A stretch of 36,455 nt of DNA from NCBI GenBank assembly GCA_016618085.1, contig JABLTG010000180.1, positions 1 through 36,455 of the forward strand, in the 5' to 3' direction. A program made the position numbers and the translations under genes. Positions within the stretch are counted from its first letter, which is position 1. Every line of letters starts with the position of its first letter. Below the pieces are notes generated by a model that did not search any database, was not told the DNA's origin, and saw nothing but the letters and a program-made list of their open reading frames with translations. This DNA comes from Neovahlkampfia damariscottae (lineage: Eukaryota). Below are positions 1 to 11,735 of this stretch, one piece after another.

Positions 1-285
1 TTTTTCAATTAAAAAATAGTCGCTAGCTATATTGGAACCCCAGGTATATAAATCACCGTTTGTGGTGAGAGCGGATCCAAACCCTGCATCTTGAGCATGT
101 TCAGAGATAGTGGTGAAGTTTAATCCTGCAGTTAAATCAGGATGCATTTCTGTAAAGTTGAATAAAATTCTGTCATGTTTCACTATATTGAATCCATTAT
201 CATTATCACCGTGAACAATTAATCCTCCTTGTACAGAAAAGAATAAAATCACGAATAAAACGATGCTGACCAAGAAATTGTTCAT
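1..285 (-). CDS. Secreted/membrane RCC1-repeat protein, 5' part (runs off window start)
   Basis: Manual translation from ATG at 285: MNNFLVSIVLFVILFFSVQG (signal peptide) ... GFGSALTTNGDLYTWGSN, which matches the RCC1 repeat pattern (aLtxdGxvYtWGxN). Not in the ORF track. Confidence 0.65.
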   Translation of the reverse strand, partial: MNNFLVSIVLFVILFFSVQGGLIVHGDNDNGFNIVKHDRILFNFTEMHPDLTAGLNFTTISEHAQDAGFGSALTTNGDLYTWGSNIASDYFLIEK

Positions 286-491
286 TGACTCGTTTTTTTT
301 TAGCTTAGAAGCTGATTGGATACTGTTTGATTTTTGAGCTGTTTAATTGATTGGTCCATTAAATTTCCACCAATCAGTAGACAAAAGGTTGATAAACTAG
401 AATTTAATCATCTTTTATCGTTGGAAATTTAATTTTCTTTCCATCTGTCGGAATAATTATTTTCAACCAATCAGAACCTCAAATAACAATC

Positions 492-1080
492 ATGAAAGCA
501 CCAAACATTTCTATCGATGACACTGCTCTTGAAGAAGAACAACAACTTGGAAAGTTAAAAGATTTCATTTTTAATGAAGATATCAAATCCCTTGAAAATA
601 GTTTCTTGAATGGTTTGAGCGTTGACCAAGTTTATGAAAGACCAATTGGCTGTGTTTTGTACAGTAAAGTATATAGTGACTCAGATTTGCCGTCACTGGA
701 AGAAACTCCAACTTCACCTGTTGTAAGTCCTTTGATAATTTATTCAAAATAAAAAGCCAGGTGTACATTTGTATGAATTTGGATCTAAATATGATGATTA
801 TTATCCTCCTGTATATGTAAGAATTTAAAATTTAATTTCAAAAGATGGTGAGTCATTTATTTTTTTAATTCAAATTTCTATGAAGGAAATTGATTCCAAA
901 AAATATGGAGATTCTATTCCATGGACACTATTACAATTAGCAGCTGGTCTTGGAAAACAAAAATCTGTTGATTTTCTCATTTCAAAAGGAGCTGATGTAA
1001 ACATCAAAGACAAAGCTGGGAACACTGCTGAGATGATTTCAAAAAAATTAAACAAAGATATCTGTTTTTTAAAAAAATAA
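492..1080 (+). CDS. Ankyrin-repeat protein (spliced)
   Basis: Exons about 492-722, 757-816, (845-847), 886-1080 with GT-AG introns. The C-terminal TLLQLAAGLGKQKSVDFLISKGADVNIKDKAGNTA is a canonical ankyrin repeat. Confidence 0.75.
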
Positions 1081-1156
1081 ATAATTTTTGCAAAAAAAAT
1101 AAAAACAAAAAATCAATCGTGTATTCAACCAATCATTAAATTAACCAATAACAACA

Positions 1157-3669
1157 ATGAAGTTGTTCTTCACATTGTTGTTGTTTGTTTTCCTTTCTTT
1201 TGGGAAAACATCGGAAATAAAAGAATATAAATATTCACCTCTGATTTATAACCCGCATAATACCACGTATGGAGATTATTTTACTTTATTGAAGCACGTA
1301 CCTGAAGTTGGAAGATTTTCCTGGAAAATATATGACTCACCAAAGTACACGATAAAAGATGAAAATGAACTAATTAAACCATTAACTAAAATTCTAAAAT
1401 TCACTTCAAATGTTGATGAGAAAAATATTACTTTCAAAATAAAACACTTAGAAACAAATAATGGTAGTTTTACATATTCTGCATCAATAGGAACACCAAA
1501 TAGCAGATTTTCAATTGAAAAGGAAGATGATCATCTTTTAATGGAAGTATTTTTAGCAGTTATGTGGAATGACTTCAATGCAATGAAATCGATTGTAAAC
1601 ACTTTTCAAACAACAAATTATACTATGAAATATTTTGGACCAAAAATAGCGGGAAGGTTTAAAGATACAGATTTTTTAGCAGAAGGATATGGAGTTCCAG
1701 TTATTATTCACGATGCAGAAATTTTAGAAATGAAAAAAACACCTTTTCAAAGAATGCTTGTTCTTGACACAAAAAAAGTTGGAAAATGTTTGTTTTTAGA
1801 TCAAATCACACAATACTGTGAAAGGTTAGGAAATTATACCAACGTATTTTTCGAGAATGTTGAAAAAACAAAACCAAAAGATATTCTCATGATTGGCAAG
1901 AAATGAAAAAATTAACAAATATTAGGTGGAGGAGATTTAGTTATTTTGAAAAAAATTGTTCAATCAAAATTATGGAAAGATATTAATTCATTTACACTTG
2001 TTGAAATTGATAATGATGTTGTTGAAATGTCCAAAAAATATTTCCATCCAAACGCAGAATCTTGGATAAATGATCCAAAAATTAAAATTAAAATTCAAGA
2101 TGCGAATAGGTATGTTTTAGATTTACCAAATGAAGTAAAATATGATGCAATCTTAATGGATACAACAGATCCAGAAATTATGATCTCTTTGAAACTTTTC
2201 CAAAAAGATTTTTTTTTAAAATTGAAAAATCATCATATGCACCCTCATACATTCATCTTAATGCAGTATGGTTTAATTGAAGAAAAAACACCAAATATTT
2301 ATGTTAAGAATGTATTTTCTAAAATTAATCATCCAAAATCAGCAAGTTTTTTTAAAACAAAAATTTACATCAAATATACTCCTGAATACATTGGTTTGAT
2401 TTGTCAAAATTAACAAATAATTTTTTAGGTCATACTGTTTTTTATAAAATGATGATCAATTCAAATCATACTCATTTTATACCGATTACAGAATCTCAAG
2501 TTGATTTTACGAAAATAAAAAATCAATTTAATGTAACTTATGGAAATCATATTACATTAATTAAAGAAGATAAATTTCCATCTAGTAATTTATTTAATGT
2601 TACAATGTACGGTGTTTCATTTGACAAAATTTCAAATGAAAAATCATTTTGTCGTAAAATGAAAGATATTATTGAATTTTCAAATGGTGTGGTTGAAAAA
2701 TTATCTTATAAATTACGAAATGGACAAATTAAAGCAGTATTTAATATTGAATTAGAAGCAAAACTTGAATTTTTATCTTTAAATGAAACCACAATTTCGT
2801 TTCTTTTATATGTCGTCAAATCTGAATTAATTTTTTATAATACCATAGAAATGATTGTTCATTACTTCAAACCAAAGAATTATTCATCTGTTTATGAATA
2901 TCCAAATATGAAAAATGATTTCCATTTATTTACTAATTACACAAAAGGTGATTTAGTTGCTTATGAATCTGGGGAATATACTTTTATTCATGGTGCTAAA
3001 ATTTTAGACTGGATTCATACTGATTTTCAAAAAGCTCTTTATTTTGAATCAAAAGAGCTTGGAAGAGGATTAATGGTAGATTCATCAATTCAAATGTTTC
3101 AAAATACAAAAAATTATGTTGATTTCTATTATTCAAAAATTAAAGAATTCAAATCAAAAAAAATATTAATTATTGGAGGTTCTGATATTCGTGTTTTAGA
3201 AAGAATATCGACTTCGGATTTAATGAATTCAATTGAAGAAATAACAATGGTTGACGCAGACGAAGAAGTTTATAATCTTTCAAAAAAATATTTTCATCCA
3301 AAATTTGATGAATGGTTCAATTCAAATAAAACTCATATTCTTTTTGATGATCCAAATAAATATGTTTTGGATTTACCAAAAGAACGAGAAAAATTTGATT
3401 TGATAATTATGGACACAACGTCACCTGAGTCATTTCAAGAATATGATATGTTCCAAATGGATTTTTTTAACAAATTAAATCAATTTCATATGAATGAAAA
3501 TGCAAGAATTTTGTTACATTCTGGTTTTGTAACAGATGATGGTTATTTAAGAATTCATAATCAAAAAAAACCAAACTTTTTAAAGTTGTTTAATTATAAA
3601 ACAGAAGCTGTTTTTACACCTGAGTACACTGGTTCTATGATTTTTTACCTTTTGTCAAAAAAAAATTAA
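1157..3669 (+). CDS. Signal-peptide protein with two tandem spermidine/spermine synthase-like (aminopropyltransferase, PABS) modules, ~815 aa
   Basis: Three ORF-track pieces join through introns 1896-1925 (GC-AG) and 2394-2428. Module 1: TPFQ..LDQITQ, ILMIGGGD, LVEID, DAILMDTTDP. Module 2: TDFQ..VDSSIQ, ILIIGGSD, DLIIMDTTSP. Hydrophobic N-terminus MKLFFTLLLFVFLSFG. Confidence 0.8.
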
Positions 3670-3721
3670 TGAATAAAATTTTTATTGGTTAAAAAATTCA
3701 CCCAATAATTAACTCGCACTG

Positions 3722-4723
3722 ATGGTTAGTGTTTATACAGTGTCAGCTGTTGTAGTTTTTTTGGTCACGTATTTTGCTCCATGTTTTTTAAAACCAACAA
3801 ATTTTTTAAACAAAATTCTTCGTTATCCAGGTAAGCAAAAAAAAAAAATTAAAAAAAAACCAAAAAAGGAATTTTGATTAGATTCGTTATTTTATTCTTT
3901 TCAATTATGGCTGTGATGGGATTTACTCTATTTTTACTTGTTACAGGTCTTCGTACACCAAAACAAAGATATTGGTCAAATGGTTTTGTAGCACTTTTCC
4001 TTAACGCGCTTGGAAACTTCTGTTTTGGTTTGATTTTCACAAAAAAAACTAAATATTTATAAGGTGTTTATTTAGACATTGATGGTGTTGAAAAATTCAA
4101 AAAAGGTGAAAAATCACTGATCATTTGCAATCATCAAAGTTTGTTTGACATTTTCCTTATTACAGGTAAAAAAAAAAAAAAAAGTTAAATTTTCAAAGCT
4201 GCACTTCATTCAATTGATTCACCTATTGTAACTGTTGGAAAATCATCACTTAAATATATTCCATTTCTTGGACAATATTGGGAATATGCTGGAAATCTGT
4301 TTATTGATAGAGACAATAGAGAAAAAGCTATTGATCAATTAAATAGAACAAAAAAATTAGTTGAAGATAATGGACTTACAATTTGGATCTTTCCAGAAGG
4401 TTTTTCATTTAAAATAATTTCTAAAAACTTTTTCAGGTCACAGAAATGAAAAACCAAAATTATTAGAATTCAAAAAAGGTGCTTTTCACATGGCTTATGA
4501 TATGCAACTTCCAGTTAAACCTCTTGTTGTTGAAACTTTTTATGATAAAGTTATGGAATGTAACTTTCCTTGGAATAAACAACCTATAAAAATGAGAGTC
4601 TTGGATAATGTTCCAATTGACAATGTAAAAACAAAAGAAGATATTCAAAATTTATGTAAACATTGTCAAGAAATTATGTCAAAAGCATTAGTTGAAGTCA
4701 ATGAAGAAAATAAAAAAAAATAA
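3722..4723 (+). CDS. 1-acyl-sn-glycerol-3-phosphate acyltransferase (LPAAT/PlsC family), multi-exon
   Basis: Motifs CNHQSLFD, FIDR, IWIFPEG(H)R and FKKGAFHMA across four short introns, with N-terminal transmembrane segments. Confidence 0.9.
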
Positions 4724-4731
4724 ATTTTGAT

Positions 4732-5746
4732 TCACATAAAGTCTTTCAAGTTTAACTCTTTATATTTTGGAAACATAAGGTTATTTTTTATGAATTTTTG
4801 GATTTCTTTGTGAGTAAAAGTTTCAATTTGATGTTTATCAATATAAACATCTTCATCACTTCCAGAGCCAAAAGTAACTGTTAAAGAATAATCTTTTAGA
4901 ATGCCTTTAGGATCTCTTTCAAAATATATCTTTACATCATTCTTTATAACTTCTATAACTAATGTACCTTTTTTTTTTTTTTTGTTAAATTTTTTTTTTC
5001 AAACCTGCAATGATAAAGTGTGAAAGATGAATGTTTATCGGAAAAGTGACAAAATTTTTTATAGGTTGATTTAATACAAATTCAGCTGAAATTTCTACTG
5101 ACGCATTTCCATCATAGCCAAAATATAACTTCAAACAAATTCCATCATCTAAAAAATCCAAAGCATTTGATTGTGGACCGACAGATGAATTCTCAATATT
5201 TAAACTTTCAAACAATTCAGATTCTGAAAAAATATCATCTTCTTCTAAATTACTTGTTAAAACTCTTTTTGATGAAGTTTCAAAAGTAGAATGAATATGA
5301 GTTTCAGGATAAATTCTTCGAATAGGTTCTGGTATTCTGAGTATAATTTTTTCTTTTTCAGGAAGTTTTCTATTCATTTCTTTTATTGATTCTATTAATG
5401 AAAAATATTTCGATTTTTTTTTGTTTAATTTTCTTCTTGATGATAATGTGGACAAAGATGAAAAAACAGATTTTTTTGTAATTTGACTAGTATTTGTTGA
5501 GTCATTTTTGGATGAGTTTTCTTCTTCAGTTTCTAAAAAATCATCAAAATTTATCTTTTTTGGATTTGATACTTCTAGAATTTCGATTGTTGGTTTTGAA
5601 TTTCCAAGTGATAATTTTTCGATGGAAATGTTCTGTAAAAAGTCAGGTAAGTCTTTCATATTTTTTATGAAATGGTTTATTTCATCTTCTGCATGTTGTG
5701 ATACTTTATCATCAATTAATTCCCAATTGATTTTGAGTGCACACAT
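4732..5746 (-). CDS. MDM12: Mitochondrial distribution and morphology protein 12 (ERMES SMP-domain subunit)
   Basis: N-terminus INWELID...LPDFLQNISIEKLSLGNSKPTIEILEV and C-terminal LNQPIKNFVTFPINIHLS fit Mdm12. One intron (~4967-5003); the last exon ends NLMFPKYKELNLKDFM* at 4732. Confidence 0.75.
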
Positions 5747-5988
5747 CTATTGAAGTTTATTTTTTTTATCCAATCAATTCATTCAGATTTAATTGATTTC
5801 AACAACACCTAAATTTCTTGTTCCTTTAATTGTACTCAAGAATAATAACGTTTATTCTTGAGTATTCCATCAAATTTTTTGATGATTTAATGGTAGTTGA
5901 AATACATGGTTAAATAATATCAATTTTTTTTGAAGAATATTTAATTTCATTCTTAAGTAATGGTGTAGAATTTTCAATCAAACAACCA

Positions 5989-7061
5989 ATGAAAATCTTG
6001 TTTATTGTTTTGTTTGTGGTTCTCTCTGGAGCATTTGCAAAACAAAAACAAATCCAAGCACTTCCTTTTGACTTGTCAAAATCTGTAACACTTTCACCAC
6101 TCGAAGCGTCAGTCACGCTAAAAGTAAATTTAAAAAAAAAAACTAATTATTCATCAAAGCCTAATACAGCTTTGAAACTTGCTGGAATGAAAAATATAAA
6201 AGCAGGAGTTAAATTTCCGGATTGTGGAAACTCATTTGATTTTTATTTAGACCTTTCTGCCTTTGGAGGAAGCATTGGAAAAGTTTACACAAAAACCATC
6301 AGTTTACAAGCACCTAGAGTATGTGCATCAGATTTAGGTGTATCTATACCTTCAGTGACAGCATGTTTCACAGTTGAAGTATCACCATTTCTAATTTAAC
6401 AAAATTCACAGGATCTTTATGTATTCAAAAAAACTGTTTCTGGCAGTATTGTGGCAGATATTGGTGTTGGTGTATCAGTACTTCAATATTCAGCTGAAAA
6501 AGTTCATTTGTATGATTTTACGATTGGTGACATGACCGCAAATCCTTGTTCAACAAAAAATACACAAGAATCATGTGTCACTTCAAAAACATGTGGTTGG
6601 TGTGAGGTAACATCAAAATGTTTTGAAAAAAGATCTGATTCTCGCACAGGTAAAAAAAAAAAAAAATTCAAATTTTAGACACTTGCAAATTTTGTCCAAG
6701 ATGTTCCTTTTTTACAACATCAACAGAAACAGAAATGAAGAAAGAATGTTTATCCAAGTCATCATGTGGTTGGTGTGAATCAAAGAAAAAATGTCTTGGT
6801 GGTGACGACTTAGGTGCTTTTGATGCAATGGAACAATGTGAGGCAACAGTTGCCGCGAATGGTGACATTCTTGCTTCAGATTGGGTATATGTACAACAAA
6901 CATCAAATCCAAATGGTGATGTATCTGCTGGAACTACTACATTTCTTTCATTCTTCTTTTTAGGTTTAGGTCTTGTTTTTGGGTTAATTGTTGGTCCTCT
7001 TGTCACTCTTGGAATTGTTTTTGGTGTTTACAAAGTTAAAGGCGTCGTAGAAGCCAAATAA
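5989..7061 (+). CDS. Type I membrane protein with two PSI-like Cys-rich repeats
   Basis: Signal peptide, two CxxxxxCGWCxxxxKC motifs and a C-terminal transmembrane region. Three short introns (~6124, ~6380, ~6650). Confidence 0.75.
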
Positions 7062-7312
7062 ATTATATTTCTTTTATCCTTTACTTCTCAATGAACAATT
7101 CTATGTTTTCTTTTTTCATCTTAACTTTTCAGCACAAAAATGCCAAACTTCTGTCCTGGAACAAATAATCTGAAAGAAAAGACAGTTCAACAAGAATTAC
7201 AAACTTCAGATAAATTCCATTTTGCCTTTCCAATATTTTAATTAATTAACCGAAAGTGACAGTTTCAAAAAAAAAAAAAAAAAAAAAAAAAAAATTAAAC
7301 GGTAAAAAGAGT

Positions 7313-7697
7313 TTATTGACCTCCCATAGCTCCAATAACTGGAATTTTTTCATGGAATGAAAGTGGTTCTGCTCCTGTTGAGATTTGATAAGCTCTAACA
7401 CCCCAGTAGATTGACCATCCCCAGATGACAGGAATAAAGATGTATAAGAGAAGTCCAATAACAATGACTGATAAAATAGAACCGACAACCCAACATACAA
7501 GGTAAGCAACTAACATAATAATTCCGCATACAATTGATTCCATATCCATAGGTTTTACAAGAAGTCCAGTGACGATTTGTCCAAATCCTGGAAAAACAAT
7601 ACAGAGAATCAAGCTTACAATTCCCATTGAACCTTCGAGTTTAGGTGCGCCCCATAAATTAACCTAGTACATTGTTAGTGAGAGTGATGTTTACCAT
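7313..7697 (-). CDS. SPEC3/Stum-like small membrane protein
   Basis: ATG-only first exon (7695-7697) and 31-nt intron 7664-7694 containing CTAAC. Motifs LILCIVFPGFGQIV and WGWSIYWG are typical of the SPEC3/Stum family. Confidence 0.65.
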
Positions 7698-7910
7698 TTT
7701 CTTTCTTTTGTGAGTTTGTGTTAAAACGACAAATTAGAAGAAAAACAAGATTTTATTGGTTGCAGTTAGATTTTTATATTTTAGAAATGGTTATTGGAAC
7801 TTCCGGATTTGTGATTTAATAAAATATAGAAAAATAAATTTCTTTTAATGGAGATTTTGAGATATTAGAAAGTTATTTTTAAAAAATCGTTTTATACCGT
7901 TTTAACAAAG

Positions 7911-8879
7911 TCAAATTTTTGGGTTTTTAACGATATATCTTGATCTGCTTTGAAATTCTTGATCTACAACTACTTTTATATTTTTTAAGTCATTAAAAAA
8001 GAAAAAAAAATCACAACTCCAAAAAAAAAAGAGCAAACTGAATGAAAGTATCCACAGATTCAAACAAAATCCACCAAAGCATAACAAATTCTTTTTGATA
8101 CTAAAACTTGTTTCTTCAACAGCAAATAACAAAGCTTTTCTTGGAGCAGCATCCATATTTCTAAAAAATTAAGTTGTTAAAGTTTTTACTGATATCCAAC
8201 TTTAATAATGAAATTACCCAAATAGAATAAACGAAAAAGAGGACACATAACTATATATATAATTGAATTAAATATTGCAGCTTGATCAAAACCCAAACAT
8301 GTAAACCAAGTCCATGAATGTTTAAAAATATTTGAAACGTCATAGGCAAACATTACAATAATACCAACTCGATGGTATAAACCAAGATACCCAATTGCAT
8401 GTAATGATAAAAGTAATGAATATTTTGTGACATGTTCAAAGTTTGTTGTTTTTGACTTTTTCTTTCGATAAAATGAAAGAAACGAGAGAAGATGAAAAGC
8501 CATTTGAACAAGAAATAAATATCTAATCATCATACTTGTAATTTTTTAAAAAATAATTTAGAAATTACTCTTCTTCTGTACAAGGAGCACCTCGAATTGC
8601 TAATTTTGTGTCCCAGAAATAATCCTTTTCGAAAAGTATCAAAAATTCAATCCAAGCAACAATGAAATAGTAACTAGTTCTCCAAAAGTAATGTTGGAAT
8701 TCTCTTTTTCGATGAAGTTGATCAGAGATTTTAAACAGATGAGTTAATGGACCGGAAAAATACTCCGAGAACAAGTATTTGAATATATAAATACCAATCA
8801 TCAACAATATGATTAGCAGTGGATCTTCATCGTAGTATCTGTAATAATTTTCTTTATCTATTCCGTTAAAATACACCAT
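7911..8879 (-). CDS. TLC-domain (TRAM/LAG1/CLN8) membrane protein, ceramide-synthase-like
   Basis: KREFQHYFWRTSYY, YLFLVQMAFHL, RVGIIVMFAYDVSNIF and FRLFY motifs over three or more exons. Confidence 0.75.
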
Positions 8880-9069
8880 TGTTCCCTTCAAAAAGAAGAC
8901 GAAATCGGATAAATAAAATAGACCAATTGAAACTATATCTAAAATGAAATGGAACTGAATTATTCCGAAATAAAAATCCCGTTATTTAATAATAAAATAA
9001 TGTGCAACAAAAGAGAAAAATAAAACCTTTTCGATTGGGTATTTTTATCCAATCATTGAAGTGCGCCAA

Positions 9070-10341
9070 ATGTCTGAAGAAGAGTAAGAGAAAATAAATT
9101 TTTGACTCAAAAGAATAGAACAAAAAAAGAGTAAGTTTCTTCAACACTAACTCCAAAGATCTATTGTTGAAGAAGAAATGACTGACATAAAAAGTATAAA
9201 AACAGACGATAAATTAATGTGGGTGGAGAAATACAGACCAGCAAGTTTAAAAGATTTAATTTCTCATGAAGAAATTATATCAACAATTTCAAATTTAGTA
9301 AAAGCAAATAAATTACCACATTTATTATTTCATGGTCCACCAGGTAAATTTTTCAATAAATTAAATTTTAGGAACTGGAAAAACAAGTACTATCATTGCT
9401 ATTGCAAAAGATTTATATGGTAAAAATTATCAAAATTTTGTTTTGGAAGTAAAAAAAAAAAAAAAACTAAAAAAACAGTTAAATGCTTCTGATGAAAGAG
9501 GAATTGATGTTGTCAGAAATCAAATCAAAGAATTTGCGAGTACTAGAAAAATATTCAGCACAGGTTTCAAATTAATCATTTTAGATGAAGCAGATCACAT
9601 GACTAAAGATGCACAAAATGCCTTAAGACGAGGTGAGAAAAAAAAAATATTAAAAAATCAAAGTTATTGAAAAACATACATCAAATACTAGATTTTGTTT
9701 AATTTGTAATTATGTCAATAAAATAATACCTGCTTTACAATCACGTTGTACAAAATTTCGTTTTCAACCACTTACCAAATCACAAGTTGTAAAACGTCTG
9801 TCATCCATTGCAGATGAAGAAAAAATAAAATATAATACTGATGGACTTTCTGCTATTTACAGACTTTCAAAAGGAGATATGAGAAAATGTGTGATGATTT
9901 TACAAAGTACAAATATGTCATTTAATGAAATTAACGAAAAAAATGTTTATTTATGCACTGGATATCCTTTAAGACAAGATATTCACAGTATTGTCACTTG
10001 GTGTTTGAATGAAAAATTTGATGTTGCTTTTGATCGTAAAATTAAAAAAAAAAAAAAAATTAAATTTCTTGAAAGGTGTTTATAAATTAAAAGAAGAAAA
10101 TGGATATGCTATTGTTGATATTATAAAAGATGCTCATTTGATGGTTTTACGTTTAAAAGTTTCTGATAACGTCAAAATGTTTTTAACAAAACAATTAGCT
10201 GATATTGAATATAGAGTTTCATTTGGAACTGATGAAAAGATACAATTAGCTGCAATGATTAGTTCTTTTCAAATTGCTAGAGAATCAGTTACTTCAAAAT
10301 ATTCAGTTGAACAAATTGGTAAAAAAGGATCAATTGAATAA
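9070..10341 (+). CDS. RFC5: Replication factor C small subunit (human RFC5 / yeast Rfc3 type)
   Basis: [55 protein letters not shown] and SRC motifs, with several tiny introns including two at the 5' end. Confidence 0.9.
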
Positions 10342-10344
10342 ATT

Positions 10345-10720
10345 TTAATCTTCTTCTTTTTTTGGTGGTGTTCCACAAGGTCTATAAAATTTTAGTTTTA
10401 CTGTTTTTTTTTTTACCTTGCCATTCTTTCAAGAAATTCATATTTTGTTTTGGCTATTGGTTGATTTTCAGCAACTGACATGTAATACAAAAGTGAGCGA
10501 TGTCCTATATATGAAGCGTATGAATCTCTTTGTTGATTGACCATCCACTCACTTATTTCAAAAATTTAGTTCTCTATTTTTTTTTTTTTTACAATTTTGT
10601 AAGGTCTGGATGTCCTGTTCCTACATATTTATTTTGAAGATGCTCAAGTTGATTTTGTACATTTGATCTATCTTTTGAAGACTTTGACAGTTAAATAAAA
10701 AATTAAGATTTTCTTACCAT
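10345..10720 (-). CDS. SF3B5: Splicing factor 3B subunit 5 (SF3b10/Ysf3)
   Basis: Manual splice gives M|SSKDRSNVQNQLEHLQNKYVGTGHPDLTK..EWMVNQQRDSYASYIGH...AENQPIAKTKYEFLERMA|RPCGTPPKKEED*. Three introns; missed by the ORF track. Confidence 0.92.
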
Positions 10721-10858
10721 GAATAAGGTTGTTTTGAAAAAAAATGAGTTTTGATTGGATTGTAAAAAAAAAAGAAAAATAAAATCTTCACCCTTAAAAA
10801 AAATACTACCATTGATATTTTTAGTATTTTTCTAAAATCTTCTTCTGGTAGATTTTAT

Positions 10859-11668
10859 TTAATATTTGTAAATTTTTTCTTTCAAAAAAAATGGATATTC
10901 ATCAACTTTTAAAACTTCTTCTTCTGTTGCTTCTTCGAATGTGATTTCCATTGAACTTAAATCTAAAGGTCTTGAAGGTTCATGTAAATGTACTTTTTCT
11001 TCAATTTCTTCTTGTGCTTTTTGTTCCAATTTTCTTTTTTCATATTCAGCTTCACTCATTAATTTATCACCAATATACACTACTTTTTCAATTTGCTTTA
11101 ATAAATTTTGAATTGGTTCAATTTGTTTAAAAAAATCATCCACTTTTAAATGTGAATCTTGTGATATAATTTCAGTAATTTCACCTTGACGACAAACTTG
11201 ACATAAAAATGATGTTAAATTTACAACTTCATAATATTCATAAATTGCTTCACAATCCGAATTATTACAAGTATATTCAATTTGTTTTTGAAGATTCTCT
11301 TTGATATAAATTTCTATTTTTTTTATTTTTACACGAACTGCGTTTACAAAAGTTGGAATATCAATGAACCTTTTAATTTGTTATTTTATTTTTTTTTTTT
11401 ACCAAGTTGTAATGTATTGAGTTTTAGACATTTTTGGAACTTTTTCTGAATGAATTGAGTTTGAAACAAGTAAATCTTTAAATAATTCTTGTAAAGATTT
11501 GGTTATAACTCTTGGTTCAAGTTTTATTTTTTCTGATAATTCTGAATCAGTCATTCTTTTTTCTCTCAAAAGAGTATCCATTAATACAATATGAATTGGA
11601 TCATAAAAAGCTCTGACAACTAATTTTATCAAATTTTCAACCAATTTCTCTTCATTAGACATCGACAT
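10859..11668 (-). CDS. GTF2E1: Transcription initiation factor IIE alpha subunit (3' end uncertain)
   Basis: LIKLVVRAFYD winged-helix start, then after an intron FIDIPTFVNAVRVK and a zinc ribbon YTCNNSDC...FLCQVC. Confidence 0.8.
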
Positions 11669-11735
11669 AAGTTTCCAAGTTTGAGGAACCAATCAAAAAC
11701 AGTATTTCTTTCTTTTGAAAAAAAGACAAACATTT

